Part shown: positions 27,451 to 40,149 of the stretch, one piece after another
Position numbering within the stretch: position 1 is the first letter of the stretch
How the letters are laid out: each line of letters begins with the position of its first letter
Source of the DNA: Laetmonice hystrix
Taxonomy: Eukaryota
NCBI GenBank assembly: GCA_965235115.1
Contig: OZ249436.1
Coordinates: 13,764,001-13,828,000, forward strand
Direction: 5' to 3'
DNA: 64,000 nt
Notes under the pieces: model-generated
The model's input: only the letters and a program-made list of their open reading frames with translations
Databases searched by the model: none
What the model was told of the DNA's origin: nothing
Translations under genes and position numbers: made by a program

Positions 27451-28677
27451 CCGACATGGTCGGGGGTAGGCGGAGTACCATAACGTGGGGGGGGGGGGGG
27501 GGAGGCTCGGGCTCTCCCGACATGGTCGGGGGTAGGCGGAGTACCATAACGTGGGGGGGGGGCAGGCTCGGGCTCTCCCGACATGGTCGGGGGTAGGCGG
27601 AGTACCATAACGTGGGGGGGGGGGGGGCAGGCTCGGGCTCTCCCGACACCCGACATGGTCGGGGGTAGGCGGAGTACCATAACGTGGGGGGGGGGGCAGG
27701 CTCGGGCTCTCCCGACACCCGACATGGTCGGGGGTAGGCGGAGTACCATAACGTGGGGGGGGGGGGGGGGCAGGCTCGGGCTCTCCCGACAGGGTCAGGG
27801 GTAGGGGGAGTACCATAACGTGGGGGGGGGGGAGGCCCGGGCTCTCCCGACAGGGTCAGGAGTAGGCGGAGTACCATAACGTGGGGGGGGGGAGAGGCTC
27901 GGGCTCTCCCGACAGGGTCAGGAGTAGGCGGAGTACCATAACGAGGTGGGGGGGCAGGCTCGGGCTCTCCCGACAGGGTCAGGAGTAGGCGGAGTACCAT
28001 AACGAGGTGGGGGGGGGGGAGGCTCGGGCTCTCCCGACAGGGTCGGGGGTAGGTGGAGTACCATAACGAGGTGGGGGGGCAGGCTCGGGCTCTCCCGACA
28101 GGGTCAGGAGTAGGTGGAGTACCATAACGTGGGGGGGGGGGAGAGGCTCGGGCTCTCCCGGCAGGGTCAGGGGTAGGGGGAGGACCATAACACGAGGGCA
28201 TGGCAGGTTCGGGGTCTCCCGATAGGGTCAGGAGTAGGCGGAGTACCATAACGTAGGGGGGAGGGGGCATGGCAGGCTCGGGGTCTCCCGACAGGGTCAG
28301 GGGTATAGGGGGAGTACCATAACGTGAGGGCATGGCAGGCTCAGACTCTCCCGACATGGTCGGGGGTAGGTGGAGTACCATAACGTGAGGGCATGGCAGG
28401 CTCAGACTCTCCCGACATGGTCGGGGGTAGGTGGAGTACCATAACGTGGGGGGGGGAGGCTCGGGCTCTCCCGACATGATCGGGAGGGGGTGGAGTACCA
28501 TAACGTGAGGGCATGGCAGGCTCTGGCTCTCCCGACAGGGTCAGGGGTAGGGGGAGTACCATAACGTGGGGGGGGGGGGGGCATGGCAGGTTTGGGCTCT
28601 CCCGACAGGGTCAGAAGTAGGGGGAGTATCATAATGTGTGTGTGTGGGGGGGGGAGCATGGCAGGTTCCGGCTCTCC
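27451..28677. repeat. G-rich ~55-70-bp minisatellite (~19 copies) with variable poly-G tract
   Basis: Unit approximately GGCAGGCTCGGGCTCTCCCGACA(T/G)GGTC(G/A)GG(G/A)GTAGG(C/T)GGAGTACCATAACGT(G)n. It explains the Pro-rich ORFs in 27340-28735. Confidence 0.97.
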
Positions 28678-28718
28678 TTTCAACTAACTCCTTCCACTTA
28701 CACTGACATCGTGTAGGT

Positions 28719-28850
28719 ACCAACCAGCCATCCAATCAACCAACCAACCAACCGACCGACCGACCGACCAACCAACCAACTAACCAACCAACCAACCAAC
28801 CAACCGACTAATCAACCAACCAATCAGGCAGCTAGCCAATTAACCAAACC
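28719..28850. repeat. (ACCA)n/(ACCG)n imperfect microsatellite
   Basis: Direct sequence. Confidence 0.9.
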
Positions 28851-29619
28851 ATCCTGCTTGGACCCAATGTAGAAGACGTGATTTTTTAACCATACGACAG
28901 TTACAAATATACTATCAGACCAGACTATCAATGTACAACATTTCATACAATGCAGTAGATTATGCGAGCCACATGTATGTCCCCTATCGATTTGAAGAAA
29001 CCGTTCGGGGCTTCTTTAGCTAACAAAATAAAGGAAGCGAATACGATTGAATGGGTTCACAGAGGAGAAAGAATCGAGTATCCAACTTCTCTTCGGGTTG
29101 GAAAATATAACCGCTTTTAAGTAACCCTTCTTGATATGCCGACATGTGTAAAGTATCTACTTTAGTGTATTGAGTACGACAAATTGACACATTGCGTGAT
29201 TAAACACTCGGCCATAGCTTATGGTTGTTCTTCAAAACTCGAGCCAATAATCTAGCCAGTGGGTGTTAGAGACATAAAGACTTACTCCCTATACTCTCCC
29301 AATCAATTCTCCGACTCTCTCCTGGGAGGAGATTTATTGGTCCAGGAGTAGTGAAGATTAGGAATTGGTAAACATCCTGAACGGTTGGGAAAATATATCC
29401 GATAAGAATGGATCCGCCAGACATACTTGTCATCAAACTTCCCGGGGTACTTATTGTGTAATATCCATCCCATGGTTAAACCAACGACAGCCAGAAGATA
29501 TCGGGAACGGTTCTTTCTGCATTCATGATGACGGCAGGCCAATGGCAGAAAGACATTGTCTAGAGACGTCACCGTCGTAAGATTATCCTCAATTATAAAA
29601 CTTCTATAGAAACAGAGAT

Positions 29620-30123
29620 GGACTGACATAGAAATGTCCACAACTCGGGAGACGTTACTCAATGAATTGTTACAGACTTGCCGTACTGACATACAAATAT
29701 CCACAGCTCGTTAGACGTTACTCAATGACTGTTACAGACTTGCCGTACTGACATACAAATATCCACAGCTCGTTAGACGTTACTCAATGAATTGTTACAG
29801 ACTTGCCGTACTGACATAGAAGTGTCCACAGCTCGTTAGATGTTAATCAATGAATTGTTACAGACTTGCCGTACTGACATACAAATATCCACAGCTCGTT
29901 AGACGTTACTCAATGAATTGTTACAGACTTGCCGTACTGACATAGAAATATCCACAGCTCGTTAGACGTTACTCAATGAATAGTTACAGACTTGCCGTAC
30001 TGACATGCAAATATCCACAGCTCGTTAGACGTTACTCAATGAATTGTTACAGACTTGCCGTACTTACATAGAAATATCCACAGCTCGTTAGACGTTACTC
30101 AATGAATTGTTACAGACTTGCCG
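29620..30123. repeat. 63-bp minisatellite (~8 copies)
   Basis: Unit GACGTTACTCAATGAATTGTTACAGACTTGCCGTACTGACATACAAATATCCACAGCTCGTTA, with period measured at 29651, 29714, 29776 and 29839. Confidence 0.97.
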
Positions 30124-31620
30124 AAGCATCTTCACTTACAGAGAACGGTCAGCCTGCTTGAAACATTTGTTTGATACTGCGTGTTTTTGTGAACCTTTCT
30201 GCTGACGAGTTCTAGACTGTGATACATCCTTCTCAATAAATTGTCCATATAAAGTGGAATTAATGGCCTGTAGCCACCCCCACAACGGGTGATCTACGTC
30301 TTATAGGCACGAAGATTTGTAGATAAATTTTTGCGACTGCATAAAAAATGCAACAGGACCTGTAAATGTTGATCGTTCGTGGACATTCGCGGTTGGATTA
30401 CCTATATCCCGTCATGTATAATGACAGTTTCTCCATTCCCGGAACGAGATCCCCTGACGATATGGAGGCAAGCATATTCTGTCCAATTATTATTAGTAAG
30501 ATGTATAGACCCCATACGCAGCTTTATCGGATAGAAAAATGAGGTGGACGCTTCAGTGAACGTTAGGGGAGACCCGTTTCAATTTGCATCTTCTCAATCG
30601 TCGGCGGCCCACGTATTTGCGCGTGTCAGAAACGCCCGAGAACGTCCTCCCCCGGGAAAAGGGAAGAGTACAAACGTGGCGCTTTTAGCGCCAATGTATT
30701 GTCTTCGATGCGGCTCTACGCAGGCTCGTCTCGTGCGTCTGACGCTTGGCCATTCCTGACACGTTTAACCAACAATAGCCTGTCTCAGATTGCCCCTGTT
30801 TCCTGCCCAGTTGATGGGAAAATTGTTTCTCTGAAACTGTGCATACCACTACTGTCAGACTAGAACCGCCGTTTGGAGACTCCGCCAAAAATTGCGAATC
30901 GACTTATGCTCTCAGAGACGGGGTATTTATTACGTACTACTTGACCTCAGAGAGAGCTAACGTTAACGTAGGGCCCCATTCTCTGCCCAACTCAGGCAAA
31001 CTTACTCAGCATCCAGCAATCGATCTGTATTGCCCTGCTAGATTGTACCTTGATCTGTGGCATCTATTTTTCATTTCAAGTTGGCGATGGGTACAAGGCA
31101 CACAATGTATGTATGTCATTAGTCAGATAAATCCGGTTATATGATAAACTTAGAGGAGATCCATGTGGAAAATGCCTCTCAAAGTCCAAGATTTAGACCT
31201 ACCATAGGGGTCCGTTTGGTGACTTATTATAGATAAGTCGACAAGCGCAAGAAATATCTCTCTTAAGATAACAACCGATAAAAACGACTGGCCACACACG
31301 TATACGCACCCCTGCACACCCCTATACGCGCCCACCCCCACCCCCCCACACACCCCCCAACAAACCCGCACACGCCCACACACTGCAGTTTTATTCGACC
31401 CACAAACACCTTCACATTTAAACAAGGTTTAGGAATTACTACCAGCATGTCGAGATTATTAAATTCCAGGCCCTTGACGAACCCCTTATGACTATACCCA
31501 GTGCAGTGGCAGTGTCGTCCTACATTCACCCAGGAATTGTGCCAGGTTCAATATGTCCCACCCGAGCGGCAAACACACCTCGCCGTCAGAACGTCGATGG
31601 TATTTAAGTTACAGCCGTTT

Positions 31621-31750
31621 ATTGGTCGTTCGTTCACCGATGGCTTCCCTTCGACGTCGCGTTTGACGTGACGTCACGTCATGGCAACAGAAGCCAGCAG
31701 GCCTGGGTCTCCGCGGAAACATCCTGTTACCATAGCTAACCTATATAACG
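31621..31750 (+). promoter_or_regulatory. Promoter/enhancer-like motif cluster
   Basis: ATTGG (reverse CCAAT) at 31621, a perfect 18-bp palindrome TGACGTGACGTCACGTCA (CRE/ATF-like) at 31664-31681 running into CATGGCAAC (RFX half-site-like), and CTATATAA at 31741, all in a CpG-rich patch. No transcript is identified. Confidence 0.3.
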
Positions 31751-31953
31751 GGGTCATTGAGGTTGGTGGCTCATCTATACACAGTGGGTGATGGCACTAT
31801 ACATGGGCATTTCCTCACTACTCTGTCTAGACGTGGAGGTAGGCCTAATATATCCACGCGCTGCCCCAATGAAAGGTTACGAAGAATAGGCCTATTGACT
31901 AGTTGGGGCGAGTCAAAGGAAGCATCGTTTCCATATGCACCGAAGAAGGGTTC

Positions 31954-32100
31954 CAGGGGCGGATCCAGGAATTTTGGAAAGGGGCTGGAAAAGGGGGCAC
32001 TGGAAAGAGGGAGGGGCGCTGGAAAGGAGGAGGGGCGCTGGGCGGGGGGGGGGGGGCGTTGGAAAGAAGGGGGCGCGCACTGGAAAGGAAAGGGGGACAC
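31954..32100 (+). mobile_element. Probable truncated end of a non-autonomous DNA element (CAGGGGCGGATCCAGGAATTTT...) followed by G-rich GGAAAG(G)n repeats
   Basis: The terminus-like motif is familiar from invertebrate interspersed repeats, but no partner TIR lies nearby. Confidence 0.35.
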
Positions 32101-35100
32101 CTTTTATAGCCTCTAGTTTCACGATATACGAGGTGGTCTGGTAGGGTATCATTGTTTTAGCAGATAAAGTTTCAGAGCAATCGCCTCTTATTTCCGAAGT
32201 AAGAAAAAATAAACGTCTCCGCCAAAGCTTTGCTATCCTTGACTAGTTTGATGCTCATCTTGCAACAACGGACCTGCCCGATCTATAACAGCTTATGTCT
32301 GAAGCTCTTAGCTGGAATAAAGTGAGAAGGATTAATCCCATTAGAGTAAAGGCCACTTAGTGTTATAAATGTCTGGTGTGATAAATAGAGAGGCAGGCCG
32401 AGTTAATTGACATTAGACAGGTAATCATGTACCTACCGACATTCGTGCACCCCAAGTTAAATATAACGTGTTACATTGACCCTGCTAGATAAAGTAATAC
32501 ACTGCTGTGATCATGGGTCAAGCTACAAAATATTCCATCTATGCGAACCATTGGGTCCATTCATTACTTGGACCGCACACGCTATCATGGCGGGCCTACA
32601 CAATACATCACAGACTAACACTGGCGCCCTCCGCTACGAGCGGGATATCCTGCTGCCCCGTTCACATCAGTCCATTCATGTCCATTCCACGGACACGTTT
32701 CTGACTCGTCGCTTGCACACCTCTGGTATAGTATTATAGGTGTACCTCCTCCATGGGTCTACGGCTGGGTATATGGCATTGAAGGGAATATATGTTCCAC
32801 TTTTATTCATGTAAATTAATGTATCTGACACCGGTCAACCAACGACCCGCCTGGTAGTAGAATTCCCATCCCATAAGGCCGTGCGCGGGCAGCCCGGTTT
32901 TCCTCGGTTTCCCCGTCGGGTCCAACCAACGGAATCGTGCCCTGTCTGTAACGGCATCGATTAGCGTCACTATAGCGCCAATGGCGCCACCAATGCTGCC
33001 ACCTATCAAAAGGCCCCAGATAATCGTGCTGACTAAGACCAGACCACCCCGAACCTCGTTTCTCGTGTCATTCTAGACCACTTTACAATGTGCTCGTCTT
33101 GTCGAATTCCATCCGTATAGCGGCTCTGTGTACGCGTGATTTAGTATGTACATGTATAGAGAAGATAGTCTGCCGAAGTGTTTGAATTTATACCAACCGT
33201 GTTGTCTATTTGAGAACAGATGTGAAACAACATATCAATGTTACAGTACACCAGGTATTTAAAACAAAATGTCGCTCGAAACGTTGAAGAGGAAAATGGG
33301 GAATGTATATGTCTACATATATGTATATGTCTAAAAGAGTCACATTGACTGAATAAAACATTGTGTTCGTCATCAGTATGTCCTCAGTATGTCCTCAGTA
33401 TGTCGTTTGTATTTATAAACACATATTTTTTTATTCTACCAGTGAGCCTCACTATATCAAAGAGCTGTGTTATAAGGCTGTCATATAATGTTACATATAG
33501 AAAGCGCTATATCTGACCCCCCCACTTCTGTCAGACTCCTATATTGCAATTTGTTCAATTATATTCTGTCTGCCAAAGTCGATCATATCTTTTTTTTGAC
33601 AGCAATGTCCGAAGCTAAAGAGATACTTCGGCAGCAGCCGACGCGAGGGTGATTTTTTTAATAGTACACATTTTCTTGCATGAGAGACAGATAGTTATCC
33701 GGTCTGTCATGACCATTGACACAAGCTGTCGAGACAAATAGGACGACCTTTCTTCTACTCGTCAAATATATCTGCTGCAGTATTTTTACTGACTGATGGA
33801 TTGCTGCAGACTAATGGGTGTGCAGAAAATCGTACCAGGTTTTTAAGGTAGAAAACGCTATGATTAAGTGGAAAGTTTGATACACGATATTTTTACTTTG
33901 TTACTTTGTTCCTGATCACAAGATTCCAAAGCCCGGTTATAAGACATGTCGGTAGTCGATCTCCGTGCATGCGGTTGATGGGTTAACTCTCGGCAGATCG
34001 GTACCAGGCATATTTATCTTTCGTTTAACGATATGAAGGTTGTCAGAAAGTACCGTTCTTTCTTGTGGTGGTGGGATATGGATCAAGCCCACCAAGGGCC
34101 ATCGCATGCCACTGTAAGGGGCCAGGCATGACGACATGGAAGAGCTGGCCCGTTTAGTGAAGGATTTACTGACATTGATGTTTCCGAGAGCTTCATTGAG
34201 ATAGATGATTATTTCTTAAAGAGGTTTATCACGAAGTCAATGAATTTCCATTAGGCGAACGATGACGAGGGCAGTTTGATACTCGGAGTCAGCAGAACGT
34301 CCCACTAGGTATGCAGGACGTGATATCAGAACCTAAAATAGCGAACAAATGGATCCAGGAAATACTTGGATCGTATCACGCGACAACCACCAGGTCGTCG
34401 TCGTCATGCAATCTTTGCAATCTTTAAAATTCATTTGTCAAAAAATAACTAATGCATGAAGTCCTGTTATGTATTTGTGTTAGTGCTTGTGTGGGAATGT
34501 GGGACTACGGGTATGTAATATAGGTCTATTAGTTCAATTAAATATTGACCTGAGATATACGTCAGTGGCAGGGACAGAGAGGAGTGGACAGCACGGACTC
34601 GGCGGTGAGAGTTGATGATGAACGACTCCAGCCTGTCTCTGCATGTAGTCAGATACGACCAGTCAGACCTCTAATGACTAGGTCAAATACGACTGGACTC
34701 ATTTCTCCGCCATCTCAACCCGCATTCAATTCACGTGCAACCTCTCAAAGAACACGTTCGATGACGATTACAAGGCTACATGCGGGCCTAGCTCTGACAA
34801 CCGCCACACACGTCGTCAGTGGGAATTACCCGGTACCGTCCGTCAGGTCGTCCTAGGTTATCGCCACGAGCAAACCACATCGTGGCCCTTAAATCGGCCG
34901 CTATTGATCCCGGCCACAGAATGGCCTGTTCAGCACACACCACGGCTGACCAACACGCCAGCCGTTTGACCGTCGGAAGTACCATATCGGACTGGCCCTC
35001 ATAGAGCGGGCGGGTCGTCAATGTATCCGCTATGGCCTGCAGGTCCATATGATCGGACGCTTGTGTGCCCTAAACTAGCCGAAAGCTGAACTTAGGCCAT

Positions 35101-37716
35101 ATTCACCGTATGATGCTGGAACACGGGCATTTAGAAGTATGGTCAATATTTACGTCTATATCCCTCCCCATACCATGACATACTGCCCAGCCATGTACCT
35201 ACTCGGCTTTTATCTACAGATTGAATGACTTCCTGCCGTGTTCGTACCAAATAGCTTTATTCACTTCTCATAACGGTATCGACTTCACAACCATGGAACA
35301 TTTTGTGTGGTCTCTTTATTTTAACTTTCAGGGGCCCCATGCCCACTTGTCCCTGCTTGCAGGACGGTCATAGATGTGTCTGTGTCTGACCCTTTCAAAA
35401 TGCAGTTGTTGATGCAACTTTGACAACTTTTACTACTGTGCATTATGTGTAAGTTAATAAAGTTTCCTTCCAGCTTTGTCCATAAAGGGGTTAGCAATTT
35501 AGCAATGGAATCTGCCGTGACTGGCTTATAAGATGGTGCCCCCGTGAGTGTTTTTCTTATATCGGGCCGAGTTCAAAAAGTTTCAAAACGATGGATTGCC
35601 GTGAGATAGTGGAGTAAGCCGGTTAGAGACCTCCGTTGCCATGCTACCACAGTCCTCCACCACCACTGTCGATACCATTATGAAGTCATGCGATTATGTC
35701 TGCGCGGCGGAACCATCCCAAAATAAAGCGTTCTTGTCACGGAAGTTCTTCAGGGCTGAAAGGTGATTGAGCAACTGTCCTAGGGCTCCGTCTGGCCGTC
35801 ACATGGGACATTGCGTGGGACCGAAATACCCAAATCGGCTAGTTTCTAAAATTTAGACTGTTGACTTTCTAGCTAACACTATAGAGCGTGTTTATTTGCT
35901 TAAGGATTATGACAAAGTAAGTGTGTATGAAAACATTGATAAAATACGTAATGTTATTCAAGCTATTCGGTGAGTTTGCTACCAGGTGCACCATTATCTT
36001 CAGCCTCAAGAAGAAAACGTTGACGAGTTTGGCAGCCAGGTTATTTACAGCCAACAATACCTCATGGAGTTTACCGACTTCAACCCATTCACAGGCAGCT
36101 TATCCACAGTGCACACACCGTTAAGTTTCCCAGAAATCAGACTCGATGATTATCTGAAATATTTGCATGAAGATCTTGCCGGTGATCTAGAACGGCGGCA
36201 TTTAAGTTTTTACATCATAGAACTTGTGCACTTTTATAAATGTCGTTGTGATTGCCGTTTGGCCTTGCCTTTTTTCAATACTAAAATCTTTGGAAAAATA
36301 TATCTTTATTTGAAATTGACATTTGACTTTCATTCGACATGTTAACAGTTCACGTAGTTACACATCAAACAGTATAGCTTTTAGTTTCTATTAGAGGTGG
36401 GGTGGGCAGCGTCGATAAACAAGGAAATACAACCACGGGATTTCAAGTTTATAAATATGTTGGCCTAAATAGTTAGTCACTAGGGCGCACACCTGACCAA
36501 ATTGTAAGTGGCAGCATTCTATTCCTCCCTTATGCTCGGGTACCCAAATACATAAAGCTGAGTTGTGATATTTTGGGGTCCGTTAAGGACCAGATACTTT
36601 TATCCAGCATTAGCCTAGCTGGCAACATCATAAATAGCCTAGCAAGAGGAAAGATATATGTGGGTTCTGGACACAAAATACAGCAATCGGGGACTTGAGG
36701 GCGAGCCCCTCCCCGGTCGCCACAACATACCACACACTCCCATTTCCCCTCAAATAAACCTCAGAAGTCGGTAGAACATGTGGCCCGTCACCAGCGATGG
36801 CCTGCTCAGGACCAGGTGAGTGATTACCATCGTTTATTTGTACCGGGCCTAGCGGCGCAGTGGGCGGCAATGTCTCCGCCAACCCTGGAGCACCTTTCGT
36901 CTGCCAGGGTAAATGGTCTGAACGTTGATCCACTCGACGAATCAAGCCACGCCGCCCTTCCCCGTCATCTCGTCTTATACCCCGACACATACAAGTAGAC
37001 TGGCCCATAATTAGGTCCAATCGACGCTTCCGGTAGTTGGGGGATTGCTTTGGCTGATTTACTCGTCCGGCTGCAAGTGGCTTGCAGATGCAAGGTGCAG
37101 TTTGGTCCCACGTCTAATTAGAATATATGGGTCAGTGAAGCCATGCGGCTGTGGCGGTGCACTTTATACGACATCCCTAGTTGACGGGTATACTACTGCT
37201 CGGCGTCAGTGCCCAGTAAAGTCCCATGTAAAGAACAGCTCCGGAGAGAAATTGATGTTCATGACCAAAATGGCCGTTGCCAGAAAACTCTGATGGAACC
37301 ACTTAGAAATACTGACATGGGTATGCAGGTAGGCTCTATACATTCTTGGCGGTATGCAAGAACGTACTTTCGAGATCAGCCCAATCCGTGCATTTACGCC
37401 TATTCCCAGTTGCCAGAAAGTCCGAATTTTCTGATCTCCTTTTTGGAGACTGGCCGTTATTTCACTGGTCAAGCTGAAGAGAATTCAGTTAAACATGACT
37501 ACCAAACGTACTCAACCGTACTATTAAATCTAGGCTAGATAATAAGTTCAGCCATTCTTGGGATTAACTTCAAAATGTATACGGCCATATATAAATGAGG
37601 AGGGATTTCTTGGGGGGGGGGGGCGCTAATGTAGACAACGGGTCCCATCAATCGGAACTTCCGAGGCCATTTCCGGTTGAGAAATAACCAAATAACCTCA
37701 GATGTATATCAGGCCC

Positions 37717-38475
37717 TGTTACAACCGATAATGTAATAACTGACCGATAATGTAATAAAGGTCAAAATTTTATAAATTATTACATTATCATTACATTATC
37801 AACACCCTCTCCAACCGATAATGTAATAATCGACCGATAGTGTAATAAAATTCGGGAAAAATTGCTAACCGATATTGTAATACAATTTTGACGGATAATG
37901 TAATAAAATACGCTATTATAATGTAATACCATCTTGACCGATAATGTAATAAAGTGAAGAGGCAAATCTCTACCCTGCCTTGGGGGCTGTCCATAAATTA
38001 CGTAACGCTTGGGGGGTGGTTGGGTATGTAGGGTTCCGTTACAAAGCGTTACAGAGGGAGGGGTTGGGGTGTTAGGGTTAGGGTTAGGGTTAGGTTAGGG
38101 TTTAACCCTAACCCTAACCCTAACCCTAACCCTAACCCTAACAAGCCAAGGTAGGCAGGATAGATGTTTGCCCTCTTTTGACTTTATTATTATCGGTCAA
38201 ACTTTATTACATTATCGGTTAGCGTATCTTATTACACTATTGGTGAAAATTGTATTACATTATCGGTTAGAAATTCTATTACATTATCGGTCGATTATTA
38301 CATTATCGGAGTCAAAATTGTATTACATTATCGGTTAGAAATTTTATTACACTATCGGTCGATTATTACATTATCGGTTGGAGAGGGTGTTGATAATGTA
38401 ATGATAATGTAATAATTTATAAAATTTTGACCTTTATTACATTATCGGTCAGTTATTACATTATCGGTTGTAACA
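37717..38475. mobile_element. Foldback/MITE-type DNA element, 759 bp, TGT...ACA termini
   Basis: Perfect 136-bp TIRs at 37717-37852 and 38340-38475. GGCCC direct repeat at 37712-37716 and 38476-38480, which can alternatively be read as a 7-bp AGGCCCT TSD with GT...AC ends. Arms are built from ACCGATAATGTAATAA subrepeats, and there is no ORF. Confidence 0.93.
38073..38141. repeat. Head-to-head interstitial telomeric repeats (TTAGGG)~4-5 - TTT - (AACCCT)6
   Basis: Direct sequence, at the centre of the foldback element. Confidence 0.95.
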
Positions 38476-40149
38476 GGCCCTAAACTACAGACGTAAAACG
38501 TCGATGTGAGTAGGCTCGACCACATCACCGCTCATGTTCTACCGACCAGCTGCGGAGTTCCAGCTACTCTTAACGTAGCAAGGGTTTCAGGTATGGTTGT
38601 TATGTAGGCCTTCTTTATTAATCGATTATCAGTCTGAGGTCAGGAGATTTTTAAAAGTAGTATGGCTCACTCTTGTATTCACATGCAATAGCAAGAGCTA
38701 ATTTTACACTTGATAAATGTCGGGAAACGGTTAATACGATATACGGGAATACGATTCCCTTCAATAAAGGTAGGTTCAAAATATAACTACGACCAAAATA
38801 TTAATGTAGGCCTATAGCTGTTATGTTATTGCAACGTCTGCAATTTCTGTAAGTACCTGCAAACCTGCGAAAACGGGAATCTCCGGTGTCTTATTCCGTC
38901 CAACTTTGTGAGTAAAAACTTGCTATCGTAAAAACCGTTGTGCAGTCAACGAATTATGTATGACACGGTATCGGTAGGAGATAGTTGGGGAGATTGGTCC
39001 ACGCCTCCTGACCATTTCCTCCGCCGGGTTGGTAGAGTGGTCTAAACCTTTCTGCCCATTTCTGTTGGCTGAACTGGATGGACTCACCAGATAGCCGGTC
39101 CCGTGGGAGAAAGGCGCACACAGATGATGTATCAGTCGCGACAGTTGCTATGTCGTTATCTGTGTATCCCCAAGATACCATGTTCTTTTGTATCTAGATA
39201 CTGGATTTTTAATGCATCGCGCACAATGTCCTGCTCCTATGCCACTTCAACGCGATCGTTGGTGCCTCGGTACACTTTAGTTGTGGTCAAAGATTGGGCG
39301 AATAACCTGATCATCATTCTATAGGCAACGTTGCTGAAACATCTAATAATGTTTGGAGTGCGGTAGATTCTCATCTATTTCTGTGAGTACACACTCCCTT
39401 TGTGATGCTTTAAACGTTTGTAGACATCGCTGTTGTAAAGTGTTCAGAAAGTGATCGAAGAGACTAATAGAACAATCGTACCAGGGCTTTCAGGGAAAGA
39501 ACTTCATGTATAATTCACAAGCATTTCTTGTTTCATCTTAATTGAAATCTTTATTAAACTGCCACAAAACCCATTACATGGAGTACAGTGATTTACCTCC
39601 GAAGCCGGGACATTTCTATTGGTTTATCAAATCAAAGAACCATTTGAGAATGCGACCATGAAGATGATGCGTGACCCCCGCGTGTCTTGTCCTATTGGCG
39701 GCCCGGCCGGAGCTCGTGTCACGACTGTCACATTGGATCTGCAGCAAAAGCTCCTATCTTCCACCACTCCCATGACCCTTCTACTTTTCACTGCGGTCCT
39801 GTGGAGATAGAGACGGGAGCGGGCTGCGCGGCTGGTTGCGTCGATACATGACCGTGAAGGGCATGGGTTGAGGCGACTTTCCGTGTCCATCACACGTCCG
39901 CCGGGCCGCTGGACATCACCGTCTCCAGTCATTGACCTTAACTGACCGTTTGCCGACATTATATCGTCCACGCCCCCGGTCTCCTCGTCAACCGAATCTT
40001 TTTCTTTCCCTTGTGATTATTAGATTGCGCCGTGTAGTGTCGATGACATTGTCTTGTCGACAAACGCATGGTTCCAGACTAGCAACGCTTTACTTCCATC
40101 AGCTCCTCCGTTTGAGCAGAACGGGTCGTGTCTATCTCCGGATCTGCAG

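Noticed and set aside
27340-28735. Pro-rich extensin-like ORFs up to 356 aa
   Set aside because: They are translations of the C-rich strand of a minisatellite, and variable poly-G lengths shift the frame between units
38073-38141. Ancestral chromosome fusion site
   Set aside because: The junction is nested in a TIR element with an intact target-site duplication, which favours insertion. It is kept as a finding under that interpretation.
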